A DNA stretch of 64,000 nucleotides, from NCBI GenBank assembly GCA_016182915.1, contig JACPFP010000003.1, positions 187,685-251,684 on the forward strand, written 5' to 3'. Position 1 is the stretch's first letter, and every line of letters begins with the position of its first letter. A program made the position numbers and the translations under genes. This stretch comes from Candidatus Dojkabacteria bacterium (GTDB lineage: Bacteria > Patescibacteriota > Dojkabacteria > SC72). The notes beneath the pieces were generated by a model. The model was not told the origin of the DNA, made no database searches, and saw only the letters and a list, made by a program, of their open reading frames with translations. Below are positions 26,944-37,531 of this stretch, piece after piece.

Positions 26944-28086
26944 ATGAAATTAATAGATATTTATAAAATAGCTGACTCAAAAGATTCATACACAAAAGAG
27001 GAACTTTTTGAAGTAGCTTTTAAGACATCCTCTCTAATTCAGGAAAGCAAGTTCAAAGACAAAATATATAGAGGTAAGGTATCGAACAAAATAACTTTAC
27101 TTTTCCCAATTTACAATGAAGAAGCTTTTCTTGATTATTCTTTAGAATCTTTCTTCAACTCTTACGCATATCCAAAAACGTCATACCAGGTCATATTCTT
27201 CTTGAATTCCTGTACAGATAATAGTTTTGAAAAAACAATAAAGATATTACAGAAGTACAAACAAGTAGTTAAAAGGACTATTGATAAAAAAGAATACAAA
27301 ATGTTAAGTGATCCAGGATTGGATATCACTTTTTTCTATTCCGAAGATAGTAACTCATACCAAATCATAAGAACAATGACGAAAGGAAGAGTCAACGCAC
27401 TAAAGGTCGCAACCAGAATGGCAAAAATGAATAAATCACGGGCCATAATATCACTTGATACAGATTTCGTTTTGGACCCACTTGCGATATATAGTTTATC
27501 CCAAGAAGCTATGAGACATATAGTGCAAAAAAAAGATACTATTGCATTAACTGGTTCACCTATTATTGTAAATAATAAGAAATATACAAAAGTACAAAAA
27601 TGGCTACGAAATCATTTTGTATGGAAAGATCAAGTATATAATTCCCTGTCTGGATGCAGTTTGGTCTTGGAACCAAACTGGTTACATAAAAATATAGAGG
27701 ATAATATAATTGAGGATTATGCCTTGGGTGTAAAAGCAAGATACCAAGGATACAAGGTATTGAGAGTTGAAAGCGCAAGAATGTGGGGATATAGAACGGA
27801 TTATAAGGATGATCTAAAACAATTAAGTAGGTCTATAAAAGGACGTTATCAATTATTGAAAAAACATCCTGAATTTTCGGATATTATTCTAAGAGACCAC
27901 TTCTTCATTCGACCGTTCTTCAAAAGAATTTCTTATATCCTAAACTCCCTCTATAAGAATCCGAAACTAACATCTAAGTGGCTTTGGACATTTATATTTG
28001 TGGAAATCGCGATATTAAGGGCAAAAAGGGATTACAAATTGAAACCGAATGAAATTGATTGGACACCTTTAGATACTGGTCGTTAA
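26944..28086 (+). CDS. glycosyltransferase family 2-like
   Basis: LLFPIYNEEAFL...VIFFLNSCTDNS N-terminal GT-A signature and DTDF (DxD) motif. Confidence 0.55.
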   Translation: MKLIDIYKIADSKDSYTKEELFEVAFKTSSLIQESKFKDKIYRGKVSNKITLLFPIYNEEAFLDYSLESFFNSYAYPKTSYQVIFFLNSCTDNSFEKTIKILQKYKQVVKRTIDKKEYKMLSDPGLDITFFYSEDSNSYQIIRTMTKGRVNALKVATRMAKMNKSRAIISLDTDFVLDPLAIYSLSQEAMRHIVQKKDTIALTGSPIIVNNKKYTKVQKWLRNHFVWKDQVYNSLSGCSLVLEPNWLHKNIEDNIIEDYALGVKARYQGYKVLRVESARMWGYRTDYKDDLKQLSRSIKGRYQLLKKHPEFSDIILRDHFFIRPFFKRISYILNSLYKNPKLTSKWLWTFIFVEIAILRAKRDYKLKPNEIDWTPLDTGR

Positions 28087-28721
28087 AGAGACTTCAGTAT
28101 CATCAAAAAGTCATCACTACTCTCTATTTGTATGTATTTAATGCCTAATCTAGTAATATAGTCATCTTTATCTACACTATCGTCTAGAAAGATGCAATTT
28201 GTAGGGGGAACGTCATATTTAGAGAAAAAATCTGCAAAAAATACGGATTTCCCATTTTTAACATCATTCTTCAGGCCTTTTAAGTAAAACGAGTTCAGTA
28301 TTTCATCAAACTGGTCCTCCAACTTCATAAAAGGTAATGTCCACCTTGTAAAACAATCCATGTTATTAGTTGCAACAACAACATAATATCCCCTACTCCT
28401 CAACCCTTTTATAATATCAGGAAGCTCATCAGACACGAATGTCATAGATTTACATCCTTTAACAAACTCCCTTAGGAGTAACTTATATTCAGTTTTGGTT
28501 TCCTTTGCTATCTCTTTTAAAACGTCTTCAGTCGTAAAAAGTCCCCTCATCCAGTCTTGAATGTAGGCCTTTGGCCTTTTAAACAAAGCATTATCCCATA
28601 TCTCGTAAAGTTTCCTAATTTCCTCCTTCTCAGACTGTCTCATATGCTCCCAAAAAAAAGAATTTGATAAAGTTCCGTTCCAATCAAAAAATACGACTTT
28701 ATTTTTTACTATTGAAGTCAT
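28083..28721 (-). CDS. HAD-superfamily hydrolase-like protein (motif I variant DWNGT)
   Basis: VVFFDWNGTL (motif I with N at D+2), VVATNN (motif II), K (motif III), FLDDS (motif IV). Confidence 0.5.
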   Translation of the reverse strand: MTSIVKNKVVFFDWNGTLSNSFFWEHMRQSEKEEIRKLYEIWDNALFKRPKAYIQDWMRGLFTTEDVLKEIAKETKTEYKLLLREFVKGCKSMTFVSDELPDIIKGLRSRGYYVVVATNNMDCFTRWTLPFMKLEDQFDEILNSFYLKGLKNDVKNGKSVFFADFFSKYDVPPTNCIFLDDSVDKDDYITRLGIKYIQIESSDDFLMILKSL

Positions 28722-29910
28722 CTAAAGTTTTTTCATAATATGTTATTAATGCTTGCGTTCTTTTTTCATTTCGAATCACCTTGTATAATATATTAACATT
28801 TTTCTTCATTTCCTTATATTTATTACTCGATAGATTTAAAATCTTTTCTACTTTATCTTCCAAGTCATTGCTATCAGAGTTTATGAATATATAACCGGTT
28901 TCATTATTAATAATCATTTCTTCCAGACTTGAGTTATCGGATCCAATAACGGGGATCCCTAAACTAATCGCTTCAATACAGGCATTAGGTGAATTATCTA
29001 TTCTAGAGGGGAATATACAACAATAGGAACCTTGAATTAACGAGAACAGTTCTTTTTTTTCCAATTGATCTTTTATAATAATCCTACTAGACTTTTTGCC
29101 AATCTTTTCATTAATATATGTAGCAACAGGTCCATATCCGGGAATCCCATAATCTTTTCCAACAAATAAAAAGAGTATGTCTTTATATTTATTTATAAGA
29201 TTAGGGATAATATCTACTATTAGATCCGTACCTTTTAGTCTACTCAGACTACCAAAGTATGTTATAGTTTTAAAATTTCTTAACTTCTTTTTTGTAGACT
29301 CTTCCAATACTTCATGCCTATTCAAAAAACTTCTATCCACAGGGGTTTTTATAACCGTAATCTCTATTTTTAGCTTAGTAAAATATATCTCCTTTAGCAG
29401 TTTACTCGGAGAGAATACTGAAAAAGACCTATTTACAGATAGTAATTCTAGGGTATCTTCAATATTATTAATGAAATTATTTTTTTTACCGTAAGCTTCC
29501 CTATATAACTTTGCATAGCTCGATATACGGCATATAATCGGAAATTTATTATTGCGAATAAATAGTAATGGTGAAAGATAGTTAGGAGCCTGCAATATGT
29601 CAATCTTCTCCCGTCTATTAAATTTCATTACTACCCGACTGAATTTATACGAATTAAGTAAGACTCTGAAAACACGAAGGGTTTGATTTAAAGCATTGCC
29701 GTCTATCCCTTTCCAATAATCCTGAGCTTTAAAAGATATTAGATTTACATTATTTACCTTTCTAGTAAAATCTTTTTCTCCGGCAATAATAATACTTACT
29801 ACATGCCCCAAATCTGCTAAGCCCTGTGAAATCTTACGAGTATATTCCGCAATACCTCCACTTTGAGAAGTTACCCCTGGATATTCTGTTGTTAGAAAGA
29901 CAATATGCAT
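28699..29910 (-). CDS. glycosyltransferase family 4 (GT-B fold)
   Basis: MHIVFLTTEYPGVTSQSGGIAEY N-terminal motif and C-terminal E..GIPVIGSDNSSLEEMI motif typical of GT4. Confidence 0.75.
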   Translation of the reverse strand: MHIVFLTTEYPGVTSQSGGIAEYTRKISQGLADLGHVVSIIIAGEKDFTRKVNNVNLISFKAQDYWKGIDGNALNQTLRVFRVLLNSYKFSRVVMKFNRREKIDILQAPNYLSPLLFIRNNKFPIICRISSYAKLYREAYGKKNNFINNIEDTLELLSVNRSFSVFSPSKLLKEIYFTKLKIEITVIKTPVDRSFLNRHEVLEESTKKKLRNFKTITYFGSLSRLKGTDLIVDIIPNLINKYKDILFLFVGKDYGIPGYGPVATYINEKIGKKSSRIIIKDQLEKKELFSLIQGSYCCIFPSRIDNSPNACIEAISLGIPVIGSDNSSLEEMIINNETGYIFINSDSNDLEDKVEKILNLSSNKYKEMKKNVNILYKVIRNEKRTQALITYYEKTLDDFNSKK

Positions 29911-29926
29911 ACTATTACAATTTTAG

Positions 29927-30580
29927 CTATATATTACGTAAAGCATTAAATACTTGAGACCTATTTAAATCAGTCGGTAAAGACTTATTTAGAAAATCGA
30001 TTCCAGTAGAAATTAGTTCATCGAAAGTTCTATCGTTAACTATCCTGAGGGCATTTTCTGGCCCATAAATTCCGATTATTTTTTCTAGAGCATAATCTAT
30101 TAACTCAGTAGTTTCCCATTCATTTAAGAAATCAATACTCGCGGGCCTTCTCTGAATAATTCTTTGCCTAAGAACTGATTCACTGCCTGGCGATAAACAA
30201 AGAAGAACTTTAGGGACAACTATATCTTCTGCTTCAGATAACCTCTGGAACACATCCAAAGAGTACTCGTATACATTTGGTTTCTCTGGAAATCTCTTAA
30301 ATAATACATACTCATAAAGGACATATGTCCATAGAGTTCTATCCATAACAACAGTATTTCCTCTTTGTGCTTCCTTTAATGCCTCTTCACTTCTTCTTTT
30401 TTCCACCTCAGCAAAGAAGTCTAGATTTTTCCTTGCTGAATCAAAATCCCAAGGTTGGCTGGGAAACTCATCAACATAATAACTGGGCTCATTAATTACA
30501 GAATATCCATAATTAGCAAGACCTTTTGCAAGCTCAGATTTTCCACTAAACGAGTTCCCTTCAACACCAACAATACTCAT
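29927..30580 (-). CDS. P-loop NTPase, deoxynucleoside-kinase-like
   Basis: VGVEGNSFSGKSELAK Walker A and MDRTLWTYVLYEY resembling the dNK ERS..D..F substrate motif. Confidence 0.5.
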   Translation of the reverse strand: MSIVGVEGNSFSGKSELAKGLANYGYSVINEPSYYVDEFPSQPWDFDSARKNLDFFAEVEKRRSEEALKEAQRGNTVVMDRTLWTYVLYEYVLFKRFPEKPNVYEYSLDVFQRLSEAEDIVVPKVLLCLSPGSESVLRQRIIQRRPASIDFLNEWETTELIDYALEKIIGIYGPENALRIVNDRTFDELISTGIDFLNKSLPTDLNRSQVFNALRNI

Positions 30581-32079
30581 CTTTCTGTTTTTCTTTTGAT
30601 AATATTAGTTCCAATAACTACGTTTTTAAATACATCCGCAAAACCTAATATCAGGCCCCAACTATGTGTCAGATAAACAGGGAACACGGATAACCAATCT
30701 AATACACTTAGCTCTAAATTTGTTTGTTCAGGAAATAGATATGGGTATTTTTTTATACTTCTGAAAGTCAAAACCCATGATAACAATGAATAAAAGAGAA
30801 AACTTGAGAAAGCTATAGAGAATAGCTTAAGATCAGAAATCAATATCGGATATAGAAATATAAATACCCAATAAAAAGAGGTCAGTAGCCATTGGACGCT
30901 TCGTAAGACGCCTCTTGTTGCCCAGAAAAAAGCATATATCTTATATTTAGGAGATAGGTTGAAACTTTTTAGTGCATAGGTATAATATTTAGGGTAGTAA
31001 GCAACTCCATAAAACCAAGTTCTATACTGAGTAAAAACACCCTTGATTGTGGAAGGAGTATCCGCGTTCTCAAGTGATGGATAAATATCTACAAACTCAT
31101 TATTAACTCTTAACATATAACCAAGTGGAAGATCTTCGTTGAAAAACTTTGTGGGGAAATCTCCAACTTTCTCCAAAGTCTCTAAGTCTATAGCTAATCC
31201 GTGCCTTACAACATGAAAGAGTTCAAGAAAATTAAGTATGTTAGATTTTCGCTGAGAGTGAATCCGTGGGATTTCGTGTGCCAAAGTCCATCTTGACTGT
31301 AACATACCATTTCCTTTTAAAAAAGCTTTTCTGAGGGAGCCACTAGGTTCTTGGAAATTTTTTAAAAATAGTGATGATTGTTGGATTGTATTTCCAGATA
31401 TATTTTGAAGAATCTCTAGATGATTCTTCTGAATAACAGAATCCGCATTATAAATGCAAATCATGTTATTTTGTCCCGAGTATTTTTTACGAATATACGC
31501 ACAGGCGTAATTTAACTGATGAGCCATTACTCCCTTGATTTTAGGGTATTTTAAAATTTCAACTTTATCGTTTGGCGTTTTCGCCAACATAACCTCTAGT
31601 ATATCCTGAGTCAGGGGTTTTTCATTATACATTTTTAACAGGAACTGCTCTTTCTGGTTATCTGGAATATTTTGTAATCTCTCATATACCTGTTTTGCAT
31701 AACCTTCGTAAAAGTAGCCTAATGAGGCTTCTAAAAAGCCATCCAATGAATTAAACTTTAGAATTTTTCTAACAACATCTTTCTTAAAAGTCCCCCGATT
31801 ATTCTTATGTTCAAACTCCTCCTTTTTTGAAGTAATAAAAATGAGTTTATAATCTCCGTTCAGTTTTGAAAATATATTTAGAAGACGAGGGAGAACCTCC
31901 TGTTCTCTTAAAAGAGGTATTAAAATGAAATAGTTCCTAGTCAGGAGACTATTTGATTTAGACATTGCGCTTTTATATTTCTTATTTAGTATCTTTACGG
32001 AGTTTAGGATAGAGATGTTGGAAATGAGACTCCTTAAAAACCCGTATATTAATAGCACAATATAAAGATAGTAAATCAC
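30577..32079 (-). CDS. membrane glycosyltransferase (GT2-like N-terminal domain with C-terminal TM helices)
   Basis: N-terminal TM, ILIPLLREQ GT-A-like block, NEDLPLGY, multiple C-terminal TM helices. Weak assignment. Confidence 0.4.
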   Translation of the reverse strand: MIYYLYIVLLIYGFLRSLISNISILNSVKILNKKYKSAMSKSNSLLTRNYFILIPLLREQEVLPRLLNIFSKLNGDYKLIFITSKKEEFEHKNNRGTFKKDVVRKILKFNSLDGFLEASLGYFYEGYAKQVYERLQNIPDNQKEQFLLKMYNEKPLTQDILEVMLAKTPNDKVEILKYPKIKGVMAHQLNYACAYIRKKYSGQNNMICIYNADSVIQKNHLEILQNISGNTIQQSSLFLKNFQEPSGSLRKAFLKGNGMLQSRWTLAHEIPRIHSQRKSNILNFLELFHVVRHGLAIDLETLEKVGDFPTKFFNEDLPLGYMLRVNNEFVDIYPSLENADTPSTIKGVFTQYRTWFYGVAYYPKYYTYALKSFNLSPKYKIYAFFWATRGVLRSVQWLLTSFYWVFIFLYPILISDLKLFSIAFSSFLFYSLLSWVLTFRSIKKYPYLFPEQTNLELSVLDWLSVFPVYLTHSWGLILGFADVFKNVVIGTNIIKRKTER

Positions 32080-32187
32080 GGGCCAATTATACTACAGGTT
32101 TATTTGGAAATCTATTATTACTTATCCCATATTCAGATGGTATACTTTTCCCAACAAAGATTTTAATCAAGTGGTAATCTAAACATT

Positions 32188-32766
32188 ATGAAAACTCAAT
32201 TTAAAACATTCAACTGGGGTGAAAATACAGAAGTACGATTCCAACCTTTTACAGAGATACCTAAAGACATCCCAGTAACCGCATGTATGGTAATGGCAAC
32301 AGTTAATAATGAATACATGGTTTTATCAAGCCCACAGAGAGGTTGGGGATTGCCAGGTGGACATAGTGAGGAAGGCGAAACGCCACAATACACAGCTATA
32401 CGCGAACTTCGTGAAGAAGCTGCTGTTGAAATAGATAAGAATAGTTTACAAGTTGTTGGTGGATGGCTTGCGAAGAAGGTTCGTAAAACTGCTAAAAACA
32501 GTAAGTATCCTGAACTCGCCTATCAATTATTGTTTATAGCTGATATCACTAAAATTAATCAATTCTCAAAAAGATTTGAGATTTACGACCGTATCTTTGT
32601 ACCTATAGAAGAAGTAACCCGATATGCTGGAGGAGAAAACTTTATACCAATATTCAACTATGTAACTAAAACATATAAAGAAAGGTTTACAAAAATAAGG
32701 CAGAAAGACAAGGATTCAATCATCATTCCCTCTGATAATGCTAAAAATTTAAATCAAACCCAATAG
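32188..32766 (+). CDS. Nudix hydrolase
   Basis: Nudix box GGHSEEGETPQYTAIRELREEAAV (GX5EX7REUXEEXGU). Confidence 0.8.
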   Translation: MKTQFKTFNWGENTEVRFQPFTEIPKDIPVTACMVMATVNNEYMVLSSPQRGWGLPGGHSEEGETPQYTAIRELREEAAVEIDKNSLQVVGGWLAKKVRKTAKNSKYPELAYQLLFIADITKINQFSKRFEIYDRIFVPIEEVTRYAGGENFIPIFNYVTKTYKERFTKIRQKDKDSIIIPSDNAKNLNQTQ

Positions 32767-32847
32767 GAGCGCTCAGAAATCTATTACTTCTTCTATGTTT
32801 GATTTTGGCCTCCAGAATCTCATTCTCCTTTTTGGTATAATAACACT

Positions 32848-33198
32848 ATGAAGAATACTCGTATCTTTAAAATGTCCTTTGCAACTGTATACCCGCTATA
32901 TATCAAAAAGGTAGAGAGAAAGGGTCGAACAAGAGAGGAAGTAAATACAATCATATATTGGTTAACAGGATATAATCATCAATCCCTACAGAAACAAATT
33001 AAGAAAGAGAATGATTTTGAGACATTCTTTAAAGAAGCACCACAGATAAATCCTAATGTTTCCCTAATTAAAGGTGTAATTTGCGGATATCGTGTAGAAG
33101 AGATTGAAGACAAACTAATGCAAAAGATCAGGTACATGGATCTATTGATAGACGAACTAGCAAGAGGAAAGACAATGGAAAAGATATTAAGAAAATAA
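32848..33198 (+). CDS. DUF2200-like small protein
   Basis: MSFATVYPLYIKKVERKGRTREEV resembles the DUF2200 N-terminal signature (from memory, moderate). Confidence 0.45.
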   Translation: MKNTRIFKMSFATVYPLYIKKVERKGRTREEVNTIIYWLTGYNHQSLQKQIKKENDFETFFKEAPQINPNVSLIKGVICGYRVEEIEDKLMQKIRYMDLLIDELARGKTMEKILRK

Positions 33199-33319
33199 GG
33201 TTTTACATTGACTATATTCTCTCATATCAATATAATCACACTCGAAATACTATGTTTTAAACAAGTATCGATAGTTAAATCTAATACTACCCCGAAATAA
33301 GTTTAAGGAATTAAGTAAA

Positions 33320-33706
33320 ATGGTAGATCTTTGGGGAAAAGACGTAATCATTATCTACAATACATCTCCTGAACATGAGGATTTAGCGGAAGAGTTAAAG
33401 CAGACTGCCTACGAACTACTATCAGAAGATAAAAATACAGTTGTTAAACAAGTTAATCACCAAGAATTAAAAGATCTAAGGGTAGGTGGGGTTAAAAGTT
33501 TTACATTCTTTACGATGAATGCACAGGATAGTTATAACTTAAAGGGATATTTGCAAAGTAAAGGCATATGGATTTCTGCACAGGACTCCAACTTGGTTAG
33601 AAGGTTTATGGTTTCAGGTCCTGAAGAGATGATTAGTAAGTTAGAGTCATTGAAAGATGGAGTCATGGAGTGGGATGAAGTAACGGAGGTTAAGAAGAAG
33701 GTTTAA
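33320..33706 (+). CDS. hypothetical protein
   Basis: 128-aa ORF, no motif. Confidence 0.3.
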   Translation: MVDLWGKDVIIIYNTSPEHEDLAEELKQTAYELLSEDKNTVVKQVNHQELKDLRVGGVKSFTFFTMNAQDSYNLKGYLQSKGIWISAQDSNLVRRFMVSGPEEMISKLESLKDGVMEWDEVTEVKKKV

Positions 33707-33757
33707 TTCCACTTCAGTAATGATGTAATACGTAAACTTTTATACTATAATGCGCAA

Positions 33758-34960
33758 GTGGAATCCTCAACCAGAAAATCAATGGATCGAAATGTAAAAC
33801 TCTATATATGGATTCAACCCCTGTTGGGACTACTCTTCACCATTCCCGTCTGGGTCGCCTTTCAGCAGAGATTTCTTTCGTATACCGGCATGGCTCTAAT
33901 GGAGTCCTCCTCCTTCCTTATAACAATGATATTTGAACTTCCCTCTGGAGTATTAGCAGATCTAATTGGTAGAAGAAAAACGATAATAATTGGGTGGGCA
34001 ATGGTATTCATTGGTTATATTGTTGAAGGGTTTTCTTTTAATTTAGGACTAATGTTAATTGGATACTTTCTTGTTGCAACTGGGGCTGCTTTTGTTTCTG
34101 GGGCAGATGAAGCTATATTTTACGATTCTCTGAAAGCACTTGGTCGTGAATCTGAATTTTCTGCATTAAATGCGAGAGGTCTTCTACTCTACCGATCGTC
34201 AATGATACTTGCAATGTTTACAGGTGGATATTTTTACTCTATTTACTTTGGTCTCCCATATATATTCAGAGGACTTGGTGTCTTAGCTGCAACAATACTT
34301 GCCTTCTATATGATCGAGCCATACATTGATACACAAAAGTTCTCCTTTAAAGGATATTATGACAAATTAAAATCAGGTGTAACCGAATTACTTAAGAGCA
34401 AATATACCAAAGCTCTTTCAGTTTATTATGTATTAATGGCTGGGGTCTCCTGGTCATGCCTTTACTACTTCAACAACCCACTTGCTAATGATGTTGGTTA
34501 CACACCAATTCAACAGAGCTATGTATTTGCAGGTATCTATGTAGTTACAACTACCGCACTAGCTATTATTGTGAGCAAGAAGAGGATACTTGAGAAAAAG
34601 TTTGTATTTATTGCATTCCCAATTATTCTTATGCTTGGACTACTACCTGGAATATTTGCAAACAAGATATTGGTAATACCAATGCTTGCACTTGTAATTA
34701 TTGCAGGCGGAGCAAGGTTTGCAATTCTAAACTCATATACCAACGAAGAGATTTCATCTTCTAATAGAGCTACATCACTTTCAGCATTAAGCCTTCTTGT
34801 AAGTATATTTTGCGCTTTGATAATTAGTATCCTAGGTGTAGTTCAAGACAGATATGGTACCCAATTAGTATTCACCATTCTTGGATTAATAATCCTATTT
34901 ATTGGGATTCCTGCAACAGTATTAGTAGTCAACAAGCTAAGAGAAAGAGACCTTTCCTAA
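33758..34960 (+). CDS. MFS-type transporter
   Basis: About 12 predicted TM helices with a GRRKT-like loop motif between TM2 and TM3 (DLIGRRKTII). Confidence 0.75.
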   Translation: MESSTRKSMDRNVKLYIWIQPLLGLLFTIPVWVAFQQRFLSYTGMALMESSSFLITMIFELPSGVLADLIGRRKTIIIGWAMVFIGYIVEGFSFNLGLMLIGYFLVATGAAFVSGADEAIFYDSLKALGRESEFSALNARGLLLYRSSMILAMFTGGYFYSIYFGLPYIFRGLGVLAATILAFYMIEPYIDTQKFSFKGYYDKLKSGVTELLKSKYTKALSVYYVLMAGVSWSCLYYFNNPLANDVGYTPIQQSYVFAGIYVVTTTALAIIVSKKRILEKKFVFIAFPIILMLGLLPGIFANKILVIPMLALVIIAGGARFAILNSYTNEEISSSNRATSLSALSLLVSIFCALIISILGVVQDRYGTQLVFTILGLIILFIGIPATVLVVNKLRERDLS

Positions 34961-35940
34961 TCTTCTACTACTTTCCTCAACTCATTTAATAGGTTATCTT
35001 CAACATCAATCTCCCCAGATTCTATTACTTGCTTTGTCATTCTATCTCCTCTTTCACCAGGAATCATAATTTCACTAGTTCCAGGCGTTTTCCTTGATTC
35101 TTTAATCCGAGCTACGATATTTGAAACTTCCTTCTTGAAATCATCCTTCTCTCTTAACAGGTTTGGATCGATTGCTATAACAAAGTTTCCTGCATTATCA
35201 CTATCAGAATTGAAAGACTCTGCTGAAACTAATGCACCTGCCAGTACTTGAACAAGTAGCGCAAGGCCAGAACCTTTATGCCCAGCCATTGTTTTGATTG
35301 CTCCTCCCATAATTGAGGCAGGATCAGTAGTTTCAGTTCCTTCTGAATCATAGCCAAAAGTCTCTGGAAGCTGCCTCCCAGCAGTTTTTGCCTCAATTAG
35401 ACCGTAATATGCTACAGCTGAAGTTGTCATATCGAAAACAATCTCACCATCTTGAGATGGTATTCCGTAGGCCAAAGGATTTGTACAGAACATAGCTTCA
35501 TTTGAACCGAAAGGTGCAGTTGTTTTAAATGGAGAAGCGGAAAAAGCGAGACCTATATATCCGGCTTTTGCAATTTTCCCTGCGTAGTATCCAATTGCTC
35601 CTGTTGATTCTGCAGTATTGTAATTTCCAACGATGGCAATTCCACTTGTCTTTGCTTTTTCAATAGCAATATCAGCAATTGCATTCATCACGACCATAGC
35701 ATGAGTAAAGTTACCGTTAACTAAGGCAGAAACAGGGGTATCTTTAACAACCTCAAATGGCTTCCCTTCAGTATTTCTAGGGATACCTTTCCCAATCAAC
35801 TTAACTATTCCCTGATTATTTCCTCTCATCTGTGCGTACATTAAAACTTCTCTTAGAACTTGGGCCTCTTCATCTGAATATCCATACTTCTTTAGAGCTT
35901 TAGAAACGAGTTCATTTAAGTCATTGAGTGCAATTTTCAT
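34957..35940 (-). CDS. Ldh2 family malate/L-lactate/L-sulfolactate dehydrogenase
   Basis: Full-length similarity pattern of Ldh_2 family (YAQMRGNNQG, HKGSGLALLVQ). Confidence 0.75.
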   Translation of the reverse strand: MKIALNDLNELVSKALKKYGYSDEEAQVLREVLMYAQMRGNNQGIVKLIGKGIPRNTEGKPFEVVKDTPVSALVNGNFTHAMVVMNAIADIAIEKAKTSGIAIVGNYNTAESTGAIGYYAGKIAKAGYIGLAFSASPFKTTAPFGSNEAMFCTNPLAYGIPSQDGEIVFDMTTSAVAYYGLIEAKTAGRQLPETFGYDSEGTETTDPASIMGGAIKTMAGHKGSGLALLVQVLAGALVSAESFNSDSDNAGNFVIAIDPNLLREKDDFKKEVSNIVARIKESRKTPGTSEIMIPGERGDRMTKQVIESGEIDVEDNLLNELRKVVED

Positions 35941-36014
35941 AGAGGTACAAGATTATTTTATTACCCATAGTTTATAGCAAAAATATTAAAAAGGCCAACC
36001 CGTAGACCAGTTAG

Positions 36015-36512
36015 TTAGGAGGAAGAAACGTTATCCTTAATCCATTGTATAGGGTTATCTTCAGGATTGAATACAAGTGTCTCTTCATTATCTGATGGTG
36101 GTACGAATTTCAGTATAGATTCCTCAAGCTTATCTTCAGATACCGTATGTCGTAACTTCATCTTTATATTCCCATCTCTTCTCCCTTTAATAATTTCTAT
36201 AGGAGTACTCAAATATATAACTCTAAATTCAGCATCATTTCTATTAGCGATACTTCTAAGACGCTCTCTTTGATCTGGTGTATCATTTAAAGAATCATAT
36301 GCTACCGATTTTCCACGAGAGAGTAGATTTGAAATATCTCTATCTATAAGCTCGGTCACTGATTCATAAGTAAGATTCTTGGTACTCTTTTCTAATTCTT
36401 GCCAAACGTTATCAAATGAAATTGTTACGATATCTGTATTTTCAGATATGGATTTTAACAGGGTTGACTTACCTGAGAATGGCAAACCCGACAGTGCAAA
36501 TAGTGTCTTCAT
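36015..36512 (-). CDS. P-loop kinase (AAA_33/zeta-toxin-like predicted kinase)
   Basis: LSGLPFSGKSTLLK Walker A at the N-terminus, 165 aa. Confidence 0.55.
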   Translation of the reverse strand: MKTLFALSGLPFSGKSTLLKSISENTDIVTISFDNVWQELEKSTKNLTYESVTELIDRDISNLLSRGKSVAYDSLNDTPDQRERLRSIANRNDAEFRVIYLSTPIEIIKGRRDGNIKMKLRHTVSEDKLEESILKFVPPSDNEETLVFNPEDNPIQWIKDNVSSS

Positions 36513-36529
36513 AACGATTATATCGTGAC

Positions 36530-37351
36530 TTAATTAGCCCAGATTACAAACGTTAGAACTTTCCTTCCTTCACCTAAATCTCGCTCATAAAGGGAGCTAT
36601 GATTATCTGAAGATACCCTTATTGCCTTCCCCCACTCACTTGCATTTGAGCTATCAAAATCTACGAAACCATTTCCTCCACGGGAAGTCTGAGAAATTGA
36701 GCTAAGTGAATCCAAATGAGAGTATATACTTACCAACTGATCGTAGTCATGTTGATTTGGGTGTTCATTGTTTAACGAGCCATTAGTACCAGCAGTCCCT
36801 GAAGGATTACTCGTATAGTCCATGCAAGAGCCTAAGTTTGTATTATCAAAGTTCTCATCCTGGTGGTCTAGACCAAATATATGCCCTACCTCCTGACACA
36901 TTACAAATCTCTTCCACGATGGAGTGTTGTATCTTGCAGTATTAAAATATGTATCATTCAATTTTACAGTTCCCTTTGTTATGTGTAATCCATTGATCCA
37001 AATAGATGCTATTCCCAACCATCCGTTCCTCCCATACTTGCTATTACACACCTCAACTCTTCCATCTGCCACTTTACACGTCTTTGGACTTGTTTGACCA
37101 GCAACTACTGTTGTATCAAGCACCGAAGAGGCACTCCAATCACTTGAGGCAGTTAATAAGTATGTATCCCAATTCGTTGATACATTATCTCCAAGTCCAA
37201 GAACCAATGGATTTACACTTCTCTCCCAGTGATATCCTCCCCATGAGTGGTTTGCATATACAGAGGGGACTAAGGCAGAAACAGAAAAGATATCTATTAA
37301 TACTAATATTGCTAAAAATCTCTTTATAGGAAAGGTTTTAAGGATATTCAT
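36530..37351 (-). CDS. secreted metzincin-like metalloprotease with non-canonical QEVGHxxGxxH motif
   Basis: Signal peptide, then CQEVGHIFGLDHQ (HExxHxxGxxH with Q replacing the first His) and a downstream CMDY Met-turn-like motif. Confidence 0.55.
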   Translation of the reverse strand: MNILKTFPIKRFLAILVLIDIFSVSALVPSVYANHSWGGYHWERSVNPLVLGLGDNVSTNWDTYLLTASSDWSASSVLDTTVVAGQTSPKTCKVADGRVEVCNSKYGRNGWLGIASIWINGLHITKGTVKLNDTYFNTARYNTPSWKRFVMCQEVGHIFGLDHQDENFDNTNLGSCMDYTSNPSGTAGTNGSLNNEHPNQHDYDQLVSIYSHLDSLSSISQTSRGGNGFVDFDSSNASEWGKAIRVSSDNHSSLYERDLGEGRKVLTFVIWAN

Positions 37352-37531
37352 ATTATATTAATTATGCCTTACAATTAATTACTTAAAATGTAACATTTAC
37401 GATTGAAGATCTCAATCATTTAAAACGCTTATAACTAAAGGAAAAACTTTCACACAAACCTAGATATTTAAAACTAATCTTTTACAGTATAATCTAGATA
37501 CAACTGCCAAAAAGATTTTAAAGAAATATTA

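Noticed and set aside
33320-33706. TIR-like or receiver-like reading of the 128-aa protein (DVIIIYNTSPEHEDLAEEL)
   Set aside because: Only the first ~30 residues resemble a TIR alpha/beta start and the downstream conserved positions do not fit. Not supportable without a profile search.
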